A stretch of 64,000 bases of DNA from Nitrospirota bacterium (GTDB lineage: Bacteria > Nitrospirota > UBA9217), in contig CAWJQQ010000008.1 of assembly GCA_963845065.1 (NCBI GenBank), forward strand, positions 448,001 through 512,000, in the 5' to 3' direction. Positions 41,059-51,711 of this stretch are shown here, in pieces. The notes beneath the pieces were generated by a model, which was given only the letters and a program-made list of their open reading frames with translations, was not told where the DNA came from and searched no databases. The first letter of the stretch is position 1. Every line of letters starts with the position of its first letter. Both the position numbers and the translations under genes were made by a program.

Positions 41059-43272
41059 TTATTTATGACCTGCCAAAACCTCCCGGATTTTTTTTGAAAA
41101 TACATCAGGCTTTAATGGCTTTGATAAAAAGTTTATGTTCTCCTGCTTGATTCCTTTCTGTTCAAGGATATCGGTCGCATATCCGCTGATAAAAAGCAAT
41201 TTCACGTCGGCCCTTATCTGGCTTAATCCGCTGAGCACATCTTTTCCGCTGATCCCGGGCATGACCATATCGGAAATAACAAGCTGGATTTTATTCGAAT
41301 ATTCGCGATAGAGTTTTATAGCATGCTCTCCATCAACAGCCTCCATTATGGAATATCCCAGGTCCTCGAGCAATGTTTTTGATACATGTCTGACTGCAGC
41401 ATCGTCTTCCACAAGAAGAATGGTCTCGTTACCTGAGTAAAGTTGGTCCGGTGATTGCTGTTCGATGACCCGTCCTTTGATCTGCGCTAACGGGAGATAT
41501 ATATTGAAGACGGAGCCCCTGCCAGATTCGCTGGAAATAGTTATAAAACCGTTGTGCTGATTGATCGTTCCGTAAACCATGGCAAGACCCAAGCCAGTTC
41601 CTTTGCCGACATCTTTAGTTGTAAAAAAAGGCTCAAAGATACGATGCTGTATCGCTTTATCCATTCCCACACCGGTATCCGCAACCGACAGGACCGCATA
41701 ACGGCCCGCAACGCCCTGACCATGGCGCTGCACGAAGGACTGGGTTATTTCGGTTTCTTCCGTGGATATCGTCAAGCTTCCGCCATACGGCATAGCGTCC
41801 CGAGCATTGGCCGCCAAGTTGATCAGCACATGCTCTATTTGGCCTTTATCGCACGTAACGATCAAGTCGTGATCGGCGGTTTGGACATTGAACGCAATAT
41901 CTTCTCCGATGATTCGTTCCAAAATCTTCTTCATCCCCGTTACAATTTCATTGATATCAAGAGGCATGAGGCTCATAACCTGTTTCCTGCTAAAAACAAG
42001 CAGGCTGTGAGTTAGGTTCGCAGCTTTTTCGGAGGTTATAAGTATCTGGTCGACAAAATTTCGCAGCGGGCTTTCCGGCGGGATCTTCAAGCGTAGAAGG
42101 TTGCCATAACCGATTATGGCCGTTAGTATATTGTTAAAATCATGGGCAACACCCCCGGCAAGATGTCCCACTGCCTCCATTTTTTGCAATTGGCGGAATT
42201 CCGACTGAAGCTTCTCTCTCTCCGCAGCCATTTTCTTCATGGCCGTGATGTCTTTGATGATGACAACCGCGCCGTTGATTGTTCCTGCAGCGGTTATTAC
42301 GGCATCGATGGAAACTAACGCCCATTTGCTGATTTTTGTCAAAAATATTTCACGCTCCTCATGGTTAGGGGACTTGAGCGTCAAGTCAACCGGATCGAAT
42401 TGGGACATCATCTCACCGCAATGGAGCAGTTCGTCGATACGCTTCCCGATGATTTCACCGAATGACGTACCGCAAAAGACCGTCGCAGCCTTGTTTACGC
42501 GAATCACTGTCAGGTCCCTGGACAGCAGCATGATCACCTCATTCGTCGAATCAAACGTGGTCAGCCACTCGTCAGCGGCCTTTTTTATTTGCTGCTCCGC
42601 TCTTTTACGTTCGCCTATCTCTTTCTGTAAATTCACGATGCTCTCTGAAAGCTGCGCTGTGCGGTCGCTGACCAGTTGCTCAAGGTGCTCCTTGTAAATC
42701 TCAAAATCGTACTTTAGCCCCAGTTCGCTAATCAAGCCACGAAAGTAGAAATACCGAAGGGCCAGTGAACTTGTCAGCAATGCAACCAGAAATACATTCG
42801 CACTGTAAAATGTCCTGAAATCCACGATTGTTTCTGTGGCTATGATGGGAACAAGATATATGCCGTATATAATCAACGTTATCACCAGGGAAAAAGCGAA
42901 CCTGACGGGTAAAAAACTGACGACCCATATCCCCACGAGGGCCATGCCCGCATAGTATGTGGACTCCTGGCCTCCGGTTTTCAGAATCATCATTTCGATC
43001 GTACCGGCAGAACCTAATATCCCCGTCAGGATAAGCAGCTTGGTTATGCGCGGATCACGTAAATTTATTTTTTGGAATATCAGGAAAATAATGAGCAAAT
43101 AACTCGAAATCAAACCTCGATAAGTAAGAAATTTGAGGAAGTTATCGGGAGAGCTTACATAATCCAGCGCGCTTAATAAAAGAAACATCGCTGCACCGCC
43201 AAGGTATAGAATAGGCGCATATTTTATCAACTGTTCATTGATGCTGTTTTCTATATAGGCCTCTTTGGTCAT
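41059..43272 (-). CDS. Hybrid histidine kinase (multi-TM, PAS, HisKA, HATPase, REC)
   Basis: [35 protein letters not shown]...ISDMVMP. Confidence 0.92.
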   Translation of the reverse strand: MTKEAYIENSINEQLIKYAPILYLGGAAMFLLLSALDYVSSPDNFLKFLTYRGLISSYLLIIFLIFQKINLRDPRITKLLILTGILGSAGTIEMMILKTGGQESTYYAGMALVGIWVVSFLPVRFAFSLVITLIIYGIYLVPIIATETIVDFRTFYSANVFLVALLTSSLALRYFYFRGLISELGLKYDFEIYKEHLEQLVSDRTAQLSESIVNLQKEIGERKRAEQQIKKAADEWLTTFDSTNEVIMLLSRDLTVIRVNKAATVFCGTSFGEIIGKRIDELLHCGEMMSQFDPVDLTLKSPNHEEREIFLTKISKWALVSIDAVITAAGTINGAVVIIKDITAMKKMAAEREKLQSEFRQLQKMEAVGHLAGGVAHDFNNILTAIIGYGNLLRLKIPPESPLRNFVDQILITSEKAANLTHSLLVFSRKQVMSLMPLDINEIVTGMKKILERIIGEDIAFNVQTADHDLIVTCDKGQIEHVLINLAANARDAMPYGGSLTISTEETEITQSFVQRHGQGVAGRYAVLSVADTGVGMDKAIQHRIFEPFFTTKDVGKGTGLGLAMVYGTINQHNGFITISSESGRGSVFNIYLPLAQIKGRVIEQQSPDQLYSGNETILLVEDDAAVRHVSKTLLEDLGYSIMEAVDGEHAIKLYREYSNKIQLVISDMVMPGISGKDVLSGLSQIRADVKLLFISGYATDILEQKGIKQENINFLSKPLKPDVFSKKIREVLAGHK

Positions 43273-43383
43273 GCCGGTTCCTTCTCGTGGATCACTAGGT
43301 TTTATACTGCCACACCTTAAACTACGTCTGTTTGTAACGGGTCATAAACTGGTAGAACGGCTTATAGTAACGCACAGTGGCGT

Positions 43384-46218
43384 TCATAATTTATTGAGCA
43401 CATTCCTCAGCTTTTGAAGATCATAAGGTTTCGCTATTGCATTAACAAAACCATAAGCCCGGAAATCTTTCAAGATGGGGTCTTCGGAATAACCGCTGGT
43501 AACGATTCCCTTTACATCCGGATGGATCTCTAAAAGCTGCCTCATCGTCGCTTCTCCGCCCATGCCTCCGGGTACAACCAGATCTAGGATAACAACATCA
43601 AAGCCCTGGCCTGTTTCTTGTGCCTGCCTGTAAAAAGTAACCGCTTCCTCGCCGTCCACTGCAGTCAAGACGTCCATGCCCAGATGGTTCAGCATCTCGG
43701 CTGCGACGCTTCTGATACTTGCATCATCGTCCATCAACAACACTCTTTTTACATCCGCTCCTGACGAGGAAGCAGTGCGGGGCTCTTCTTTGCTATACCG
43801 GCCTCCTGCTACCGAAAGGTAAATGGTCGCCGTTGTCCCGTTGCCAGGTTGCGATTCGATTGTTATTGCTCCATCGTGCTTGCGGACAATGGAATAGCAA
43901 ATGGATAAACCAAGCCCCATGCCTTTATTGCTTCCCTTGCCCTTCGTCGTGAAATAAGGATCGAAAATCTTCAAAAGGTGCTCCTTAGGAATCCCCACAC
44001 CTTGATCGATCATTGAAATTCTCACGTATGGACCGGATTTCAATGATAGTGCCTCGTCACCGGTAAGTGAAATGTTATTCCCCGTAACTCGCAAAAAACC
44101 TCCTGCAGGCATTGCTTCTTCAGCATTGTTAATTAGATTTCTGAACACCTGTCTCAATTGTCGTTCGTCGGCATTTACAGGAGACAGGTCAGATGCCAGA
44201 GAAATCTCCACGGTTATCATGTCGCTCTTGATTGAGCTGGCCACTATTTCCCGAAGCAATTCCGGTATGAACAGTGCCTTTTTTATCGGGGCGCCTCCAC
44301 TGGCGAAGGTAAGCAGCCGATGGCTCAACTCCGTTGCAGTCATGCACGACCTCTCCGCCTGAGTCAACAAATCCGTTCGTTTATTTTCTGAGTACGAACG
44401 TATCTTTGCTAATGATATACATCCTAGAATGCCCTGGAGAAGATTATTGAAATCATGAGCGATACCGCCTGCCAGAATACCGACTGATTCGAGCTTCTCA
44501 ACCTTGGAAGCTTCTTGCTCCAGCTTTTTTCTTTCCGTGATATCCCTAAATGTCGTGATCGACGCGACAACCTGCCCCTTTTCCAAAATGGGACTGGAAA
44601 CAATAGAAACAGGAAACACAGTGCCGTCCCGCCGTATAAAAACCTCATCAGAGGATACGTATCGCTTTCCTGTGCTCATGACGTTATGCATGCCGCATTT
44701 CTCTATTGGCAACGGTTTCCCGTTAGCCTTCCGGTGGTGGACAAGTTCGTGGGCGCCACTTTCATTTAGCTCCCTCTGAGTCCATCCCAGAAGGCGGACG
44801 GCTTCTTCGTTTATAAATGTAACGCGTCCACTGGGGACAATAACATAGACGCCCTCAGCCATGTGCGACGTGATGTCATGTAATTTTTTCTCGCCTTTTC
44901 TGAGCGCTTCCAGGTTCATGGCATTCTTTATAGCAATCGTAGTTTGGTTGGCAATGTTTTGGTAAAGCGTAATATCCTCTTGCGAAAATTCGCGCTTTTC
45001 AAGTGTGTGTCCAATGAGAACCCCGAAGACATCATCTTCCGCCATCATAGGTACGCAGATGGCGGAATGAATATTATTTTTTCGGACCATATCAGGCACT
45101 TCAAAACGAATTTCCTCGTTGAAGTTTGCTACTATATCGAATTTTTTGTTCTTTATCACAAGGGCAGCCAGATCTTGTCCTTCCACAGGGCTGAATTGGC
45201 AGGTCAAGGTTTCCGGGAAAACCACGCAATCTTTGATTGCCAGGCGGGTCTTATCTTCTGATAGGATTATCAAGGTTGAGAAATCGAGCTGGAGAAGTTC
45301 CTTTGCCGCAAGTACGGCAAAACGCTCCAATTTCACGATATCTGTCGTAGATGTCATCTCACGGGAGATGGAAAGCAACTGCTCAAGGTCATAAGCGTAT
45401 TTTTGAAATTTTTCCTCTGCCTTTTTGCGATCAGTGATGTCTCTTAATGATCCCTCAATACCCGTGGGGTTTCCTCTCGCATCAAAAAGGAAATGCGCAT
45501 TAGCTGAGGCTATGACCATCCTGCCGGATTTTGTTTTGAGCCGCACTTCGTAATCAACGACTTCTTTATTTTCCTTCATTAATTCTAGAAACTTGAGTCG
45601 ATCCTCAGGGTAATAATAGTAGCTGACCACCGGAGTGCCGATCAACTCATCGCGTGTATACCCGGAGTATCGCAGGATCGATGGACTAATCTCAACGACG
45701 TTCCCGATCGCGTTCAACTGATAAAACACATCCTGAACATTTTCAAAAATTGCCTTATATTTCATTTCGCTCTTACGCAATGCTTCTTCAGCCTGGAGGC
45801 GTTCATCTATTTCCCTTTTGAGCGAGGTATTGGCTTGAGCTAATTGTGTAGTCCTTTCCCCGACGTGTTTCTCGAGTTCATTGTTCATTTGTAACTGAGA
45901 AGTCTGCAGACGCTTGAGCTGCATGAGAAGGATTGATACTCCCCACACTCCAAATATCCCCGTAATGCGGTTTGCTGCGGCATGCAGTAAGGGGATGCTG
46001 TCCGAATAGGGAATAAACATACCTGCGGCTATGAGTAGCGTAACAATTACAGAGTATACATATGGCCGTTTTGCAGATTGGAAAACGAAGAACAGCGGCA
46101 AAAGGTAAAGCACCCAAACGTCATACCACAGAGGAGTAAGAAGATCGATCGTGCAAATGACAATGGTCATCAGTATAGATATGATTATTTTATTTTCTTT
46201 CAAAAAAGCAGACGACAT
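43384..46218 (-). CDS. Hybrid histidine kinase (TM, PAS, GAF, PAS, HisKA, HATPase, REC)
   Basis: GAF SAICVPM...GVL...[30 protein letters not shown]...ILDL. Confidence 0.92.
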   Translation of the reverse strand: MSSAFLKENKIIISILMTIVICTIDLLTPLWYDVWVLYLLPLFFVFQSAKRPYVYSVIVTLLIAAGMFIPYSDSIPLLHAAANRITGIFGVWGVSILLMQLKRLQTSQLQMNNELEKHVGERTTQLAQANTSLKREIDERLQAEEALRKSEMKYKAIFENVQDVFYQLNAIGNVVEISPSILRYSGYTRDELIGTPVVSYYYYPEDRLKFLELMKENKEVVDYEVRLKTKSGRMVIASANAHFLFDARGNPTGIEGSLRDITDRKKAEEKFQKYAYDLEQLLSISREMTSTTDIVKLERFAVLAAKELLQLDFSTLIILSEDKTRLAIKDCVVFPETLTCQFSPVEGQDLAALVIKNKKFDIVANFNEEIRFEVPDMVRKNNIHSAICVPMMAEDDVFGVLIGHTLEKREFSQEDITLYQNIANQTTIAIKNAMNLEALRKGEKKLHDITSHMAEGVYVIVPSGRVTFINEEAVRLLGWTQRELNESGAHELVHHRKANGKPLPIEKCGMHNVMSTGKRYVSSDEVFIRRDGTVFPVSIVSSPILEKGQVVASITTFRDITERKKLEQEASKVEKLESVGILAGGIAHDFNNLLQGILGCISLAKIRSYSENKRTDLLTQAERSCMTATELSHRLLTFASGGAPIKKALFIPELLREIVASSIKSDMITVEISLASDLSPVNADERQLRQVFRNLINNAEEAMPAGGFLRVTGNNISLTGDEALSLKSGPYVRISMIDQGVGIPKEHLLKIFDPYFTTKGKGSNKGMGLGLSICYSIVRKHDGAITIESQPGNGTTATIYLSVAGGRYSKEEPRTASSSGADVKRVLLMDDDASIRSVAAEMLNHLGMDVLTAVDGEEAVTFYRQAQETGQGFDVVILDLVVPGGMGGEATMRQLLEIHPDVKGIVTSGYSEDPILKDFRAYGFVNAIAKPYDLQKLRNVLNKL

Positions 46219-46286
46219 TAGACTGACCCTCTTGGCGGGGGGCTATTTAAAAAGGCGATTTAGGTACTGCTATAACCGGTATATTT

Positions 46287-46313
46287 TTATCGTCAAACTT
46301 CAGATAAACTTTA
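46287..46313 (-). promoter_or_regulatory. Sigma-28-type promoter for the kinase pair
   Basis: Minus strand TAAA-N15-GACGATAA, 69 nt upstream of ATG 46218. Confidence 0.55.
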
Positions 46314-46938
46314 GTTTTTTTAAAAAAAATAGATGTGAGAAACCGCTCTTTATATTGTTGCAAAACGAAGGTCCATTTTTGTGCTTTCTTTCGGTAAATT
46401 GTGTCCGATCGGTGAAGCAAGATCAAGGCTCTGTCCTGACCCTCAAAATTACCTGTTGGACGAGGCACCGCACCAAAAAGACTTCTTTTGTGAACTAAGG
46501 AAAGCATTATTAAACAATTCTTGAATAAAAAAAGAACCAGATACAAAAAAGAGACAGCGACGAATGCTACTACTGAGATTATGAATATCTTTCAAATAAT
46601 TAAATCAATCAAATCGCCGCTTATTAGATTTAATACTCTGGAATTGACCCGGATTGCTAAAATACGGATCGAAACATGCAGAAGCATTCACACGCCTGAT
46701 AGGCGCAGCGTGGAATGATCAGTTATTGCAGTGTAATAAAAAAAGATGAGAATATTGTCATGCAGTATTTACGTCTAACCAATGTTTGTAAAGAAGCCAT
46801 TTACACTGGATGAATTCAAGATGAAGATAGGCCAGATATTCGAGCCGGTGAAACGTTAACGGAATGCAATGTTGGAAATATTGGTTTGAGCAAAGATTTA
46901 TATTGCCATGTATCCCTGAGGCATTCAGCAACGAGGTT

Positions 46939-47312
46939 ATGCCAAGGTAAATCCGAATTTGAAAATACTTGTTGCAGACAATTTTCAGTCAATAAGTAAA
47001 ATCGTAATAGCCATTCTGAAGCAGCTGGGTTATAAAAACATCGATGAAGCCGAAGATGGTGAGCAAGCTATGGCATAATTAAGGGGTGGTGGGTACGGTT
47101 TTTTCGTGACCGACTGGAACCTGCTGATTAGGGATGGGTTGATGTCGTAATCGATTCGCAATGATCCTGCGCTGGAGGATCTTCTGATCATGATGTTGAC
47201 GGCCTAGTTGGGAAAGGCCATAGTTGTTAAAGCCATCCAGGCAGGAGTGAACAACTATATTATGAAGCCTTTTGCGGAAGAGAGTTTTCAGGACAGAATG
47301 GGGGAATTTTAG
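46939..47312 (+). pseudogene. cheY: Chemotaxis response regulator CheY pseudogene
   Basis: Manual translation: NLKILVADNFQSISKIVIAILKQLGYKNIDEAEDGEQAMA*...VTDWNL...IRNDPAL...MMLTA*...KAIQAGVNNYIMKPF; several in-frame stops. Confidence 0.85.
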
Positions 47313-47498
47313 TATCGAATGAAAAAAATAAATGCCAATCGTGCTTCGCTTCCAAATAACGTAGAGCCCCCGTTGAAGCCAAACGCGGCACAAATATTCG
47401 TATGACATAGTTCAGGGTCGTCGTTATTTGATGCCTTTTGTCGCGGGCTTGTGGCCTCCGATGGAAACAATACGTTCTTTATGGAATCGCGCTGATAT

Positions 47499-47987
47499 TT
47501 AACTACCTTTTTTGAGCGTACGGGAAGACAAACGCTCAACTTCCCTTGCAAATTCTTCTTTTAACTCCTTGGATGTATCGATTTTTCCCGACTCAATTTT
47601 GTTTACTTCCTCAACAAACTCGTTTCGCAGGTGCGGATCGATCTGCTCGCTTTTGCCCGCGGCGCGTGCATTTTGCAGAAAAGGCTTTTTACCTCCGAGC
47701 ATTTTCATCATTCCTAGTTTTGACACTGAAAAACCCGTTACCGAACCTAGCTCATCAATTTCTACCTGCTTGAAAAAGTCACAACGCAAACAGTCCCTGT
47801 TAACTATTGCAAACGTTCCCGTTGTCGGTCCGCCACCGCCCGTTCCTGCAACTACCCAGCACGCGCGGCCGGCGTTCATGCCTCCATGTAACCCGTTGAA
47901 CATGTGCTCCTTTGCAACAGCACAATCATTCTTTCTGTCTGGCCCTCTCCCGCACTGTTTGAATTCCCAGCAGTTCTGTTTTTTCAC
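47499..47987 (-). CDS. Two-CW domain protein
   Basis: NCWEFKQCGR...HGGMNAGRACWVVAGT...C..CDFF; GTG start after AGGAG. Confidence 0.8.
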   Translation of the reverse strand: MKKQNCWEFKQCGRGPDRKNDCAVAKEHMFNGLHGGMNAGRACWVVAGTGGGGPTTGTFAIVNRDCLRCDFFKQVEIDELGSVTGFSVSKLGMMKMLGGKKPFLQNARAAGKSEQIDPHLRNEFVEEVNKIESGKIDTSKELKEEFAREVERLSSRTLKKGS

Positions 47988-48189
47988 ATTAAACGCTCCT
48001 TATGTCGATAGAATCGAAGGCTGTTTAAAATCCTCCGGCTCTTTATTCTGCAACACTCGACTGGCAATGTTTCATCATGGACCCGATCATAAGTGCGTGG
48101 TATATTCTGAGGCTTTTTCTGAACAGCATCAGCGCCTTTGTACGAGCTAAACTATTTCCAGGCAGAGGTTCCTCTCCAGAAATTAGGCG

Positions 48190-49092
48190 CTACCTGGGCC
48201 CTTTCGATCGATATTTTTCAATCATATTCATGCTCGCTATGATGCTTATTTTCATCCGTCCGAATGCTTCAGCGAGAGTTTTTATCTCATCATTACTGGA
48301 TATGGAAAAGTCTTTTTCAAAATTACCTTTGCTGATCTCGTCTGCAGTTGCGGCAAATGCTTTGATCGGTTTGATGATCCCGCTTACAATCGCCCTATCA
48401 ATCATGAACAGGATTACGCAAAAGACTGCGGCATACAGTCCCATAAAGGTGAGAAGCGCTTTGATGGCATGCGCTCTGGCTAGCTTCGTCGGAACGTACA
48501 CTATCAGTGAGGCCACGACTTGGTTAGGCTGCCAGCCAAATGCTGCGCTGCTGCCATAGGTCGCTATAACTTCCTTGGGCGCCGCATCGGGTTGGCTGTG
48601 ACACTGCATGCAGGAACCTTCTGAAACGACGGCTTTGGCAACATAAAAATATTCATCGTTACCCCTGTCGATGAACCCTTTCGCCTCCGAGATTTGTCTG
48701 TTGTCAATGAAGTTCTTGATGATTCCCCCCTCGAAACTGTCCGCTTTATTGATTGGATTGCGCGGGTTTAAGGAAATATGCCGGAACGAGTACTCGGGGA
48801 ACTTTACTTTCAAGCGTTCGGCAATGCTGCGAGCCACAAACGATGTCGACATGAGCCGTACGTCAAATTTGTTCGGGCTGATTTCCTGTGCTGCCGGTCG
48901 CATGACCTGGCCTACGTGTTGCCGCACGGATTCCATCGTGTCCAGAAAGAACTTCGCCTGCTCAAAGACGTCTTCATTAATGTTCTTTTGGAGTACGATG
49001 TATGCTACCGTTCCCACCAGGGGAAGTGATATGAAGAAGATGATTATGAGCATCACGGCAAATCGAACCTGTAACGACATTTTCTTCAGCAT
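48190..49092 (-). CDS. DUF3365 (Tll0287-like) c-type heme sensor with HAMP domain
   Basis: TM, SLNPRNP.NKAD.FE, CMQCH, YG...FGW, TM, HAMP (PIK...ADEISKG..DEI..LA.AF.RM), then stop. Confidence 0.85.
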   Translation of the reverse strand: MLKKMSLQVRFAVMLIIIFFISLPLVGTVAYIVLQKNINEDVFEQAKFFLDTMESVRQHVGQVMRPAAQEISPNKFDVRLMSTSFVARSIAERLKVKFPEYSFRHISLNPRNPINKADSFEGGIIKNFIDNRQISEAKGFIDRGNDEYFYVAKAVVSEGSCMQCHSQPDAAPKEVIATYGSSAAFGWQPNQVVASLIVYVPTKLARAHAIKALLTFMGLYAAVFCVILFMIDRAIVSGIIKPIKAFAATADEISKGNFEKDFSISSNDEIKTLAEAFGRMKISIIASMNMIEKYRSKGPR

Positions 49093-49122
49093 GTGGACCT
49101 CCGGAAAATTTAATTGGTTATC

Positions 49123-49716
49123 TTATTTAGCATGGTTACCGAGTGCCAGCCCCATGGCGTATTTTGCGATAAACGTTGACCGGTGCTGACTGGGCAGTTC
49201 CCCCTTGAGCCTATCGATCAACCGGCTGAATAGGGAAGTGTGCATGTCCATTCCCAGTCGATAGCCTAATTCCGAATATGTAGTATCGAGGATCATCTTG
49301 CCGATGGGACCCATAATGTTGATAAACTCATCCTCAAGCGTGCGGAGGTCGGTTGCGCTGACGGTAACGGTGTGAGCATCGTTGCCGGTCGTTGTGCTGC
49401 CGGTTACGGGATAGGATGCAAACAGCTCCTCGAACTTGTTGTCGATTGATGCATTATCTTTGGACACAAAATTCGGCGTCTTGAAACCTTTCAAGAATGT
49501 TGCGTTCATTGGATGACAGGTGCCGAGGGCATTGAGGCATGCCTCGTTTTTCAACGTCCCCATGCTGAGGCCAACGATCATCCCGAGTTCGAAATAGATA
49601 TTTAGAAGGTGTTCATGCCCCTCTACCTTGACAGAGAGAAGCCCGGAATTTTTTTCTTCTTTATAGGGCCATACAATTTTTTTCAGATTCATAATATTAT
49701 CGGATATTGCTTCCAT
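49123..49716 (-). CDS. Hypothetical protein (DUF4388-like N-terminus)
   Basis: SGLLSV......IYFELGMIV and C-terminal MGPIGKMIL. Family assignment is inference. Confidence 0.55.
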   Translation of the reverse strand: MEAISDNIMNLKKIVWPYKEEKNSGLLSVKVEGHEHLLNIYFELGMIVGLSMGTLKNEACLNALGTCHPMNATFLKGFKTPNFVSKDNASIDNKFEELFASYPVTGSTTTGNDAHTVTVSATDLRTLEDEFINIMGPIGKMILDTTYSELGYRLGMDMHTSLFSRLIDRLKGELPSQHRSTFIAKYAMGLALGNHAK

Positions 49717-49947
49717 CCGCGCTCCTCTCCTGATAAAATGACAAGCGGCACTATGAAGTTACCCTTCGTCTTTCAACTACATGTAGAGGTGCATCTTCCC
49801 AGTTAACATGCCAGATACAAAGGACCCTATTACAAACTGCAGAGTTTCGGCATTTATACTAAACGCATTTTGCTATTTAGCGTTATAAAAAAGGAATACT
49901 ATAGTAGTATATCATAGAAAATAGTTAACTTTCTGAAATTTTATGTT

Positions 49948-50136
49948 ATGCCCTTTCCGAGACGAACGGGTCAGACGACGAGTAGTGCTTGTGGACTAAC
50001 CTGATTTTTGAGGCTTTTTACGGCTTTTTTTGCCTCTTTAAAACCTGCTTTTACTGTAATACTGTATTTATCGGCATAACGAATAGAAAATTTAGCAGGC
50101 AGATCAAATTATTTCCGCATCCTTTATAGGTGTTAG
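49948..50136 (-). repeat. 189-bp diverged repeat, copy B (partner 32084-32272)
   Basis: Reverse complement is colinear with copy A. Confidence 0.85.
50068..50094 (-). promoter_or_regulatory. Sigma-28 promoter, perfect consensus
   Basis: Minus strand TAAA-N15-GCCGATAA. Confidence 0.75.
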
Positions 50137-50276
50137 CTATGCTTTGAGTGGTCATCAGTCAGTAAAATCGCTCCTACTTCCCCGTACCCGACATAGATCG
50201 TATAACGCGAAGCAGCGGTAATGCCCGTACCGCGCTGCACAGCGTGAGGACCCCATGCATATAATTCTGCGTTTCC
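50137..50276 (-). repeat. Duplicated fragment of the transglycosylase 3' end
   Basis: Diverged copy of 50530-50667 (TGITAASRYTIYVGYG..ILLTDD.SKHS). Confidence 0.85.
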
Positions 50277-50489
50277 ATCACAGCGCAGACCTTTAATATT
50301 GAAAGGGGGTCTTAAAACGGGTGTCTCGCCCTGTTCCCTAGCTAAAGAAAATTGAATCATCGAGGACAAAGAGATAAAATGCGGCACGATTAATAACTCT
50401 GACGCGTTCCTGTAATGTTCGGCAGGTTATCGGGAAGGATGACGAGGGAATTTGCGAGATTTGTTGAGAAGAGAAGGCGGGTTCGGGTG

Positions 50490-51251
50490 TTACAGCTCTT
50501 TAAACGTTCGGCGCTTCGCGTTTCTTTCACTATGCTTTGAGGGGTCATCGGTAAGCATGATAGCACCGTCTTCACCGTAGCCAACAAAGATCGTGTAGCG
50601 CGGAGTTGCGGTGATGCCCGTGCCGCTGTACAGCGTGAGGACCCTCTGCACATAATTCTGCGTTTCCGGGAACGGTGGGACCGTCCCCCATTTCTTGACA
50701 GCGCTCTCGCCGGCGTTGTAGGCTGCCAGGGCGAGTGTTAGATTTCCATCATACCGGTCGATCAGGTACCGCAGGTACCGTACGCCGCCGTCTACATTCT
50801 CATGGGGATTGAAGATGTTGTGTACGTTCATGTCGATGGCCGTCTGCGGCATGAGCTGCATGAGTCCCATGGCGCCTTTCCGGGACAGCGCATAGGGATT
50901 GAAGTCCGATTCGACCTTTACGATCGCATGGACCAGCGCCGGGTCTACGCCGTGGCGGCTGCAGGCATTGTTTATGGCATCGTAAAAATCAGTGGGATCA
51001 GCTGCAGAGGGATTCGGTGCTGTGTTTGAAGGCCTGGAAATAGACGCGCCTGCGGCATAATGCGGCGCTCTCGGTTCTGACTTTACTCTTTTGACTTTTT
51101 TAGCGGTACCGAACCCGACGTTGCTGAAATGGATCACGCCGTTCTGATCGATGTATTGATAAATGTCGGCCACGGCGTGCCGGAGGGGGATACAAAGGAA
51201 GGCGACTAGCGCACAAGCCACTTTAGCACGGCGTATCATCAGTAACCTCAT
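50490..51251 (-). CDS. Lytic transglycosylase (DUF4124-like + SLT domain)
   Basis: DIYQYIDQNGVIHFSN; VDPALVHAIVKVESDFNP.A.S.KGAMGLMQLMP; LAAYNAGE; ETQNYV. Confidence 0.92.
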   Translation of the reverse strand: MRLLMIRRAKVACALVAFLCIPLRHAVADIYQYIDQNGVIHFSNVGFGTAKKVKRVKSEPRAPHYAAGASISRPSNTAPNPSAADPTDFYDAINNACSRHGVDPALVHAIVKVESDFNPYALSRKGAMGLMQLMPQTAIDMNVHNIFNPHENVDGGVRYLRYLIDRYDGNLTLALAAYNAGESAVKKWGTVPPFPETQNYVQRVLTLYSGTGITATPRYTIFVGYGEDGAIMLTDDPSKHSERNAKRRTFKEL

Positions 51252-51398
51252 TCTTCCGGTTCCAGGCAATGAATACTGTTGTATGCAATGCATTGGTTCA
51301 TATTATAAATTAACAAAAACTGTTTTGTCAACTAAAAATTGGCAGGGCAACAGGGCAAAAACGGCTCCGATTGCGCAATATGTACCGCCCTCACCATT

Positions 51399-51425
51399 TT
51401 ATCGGCTGAAAGACAAATTTCTTTA
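51399..51425 (-). promoter_or_regulatory. Sigma-28 promoter, perfect consensus
   Basis: Minus strand TAAA-N15-GCCGATAA upstream of the transglycosylase. Confidence 0.75.
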
Positions 51426-51426
51426 A

Positions 51427-51557
51427 CTTGCAATTCCCTGTAGCTTGCTACAGGGTCACCGCAAAAAGGGAAGAGTTTAGGAAACCGCAGGTTTCTCAAT
51501 TGATAATCGTCTTCCTCTTTATAGATACCCTGTCAGCTTGCTGCGGGGTGCTACATT
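51427..51557 (-). mobile_element. ~130-bp palindrome-bounded miniature element (PATE/REP-like)
   Basis: Two related hairpins, CCCTGTAGCTTGCTACAGGG and ACCCTGTCAGCTTGCTGCGGGGT, in direct orientation at the two ends. Confidence 0.55.
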
Positions 51558-51634
51558 CGTGGATGGGGGAAATTATAAAAAGTTCAATAATTTTCTTATA
51601 TCGGGGAAGGTGTGCTTTAATACATTCTCCTCAT

Positions 51635-51711
51635 CGCGGGGTGGAGCAGTTTGGTAGCTCGACGGGTTCATAACACGAAGGTCGTCGGTTCAAATCCGGC
51701 CCCCGCTACTA
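51635..51711 (+). pseudogene. Degenerate tRNA-fMet (CAT)
   Basis: Full-length copy of 60732-60808 with two anticodon-stem mismatches (ACGGG/CACGA) and CCA changed to CTA. Confidence 0.8.
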
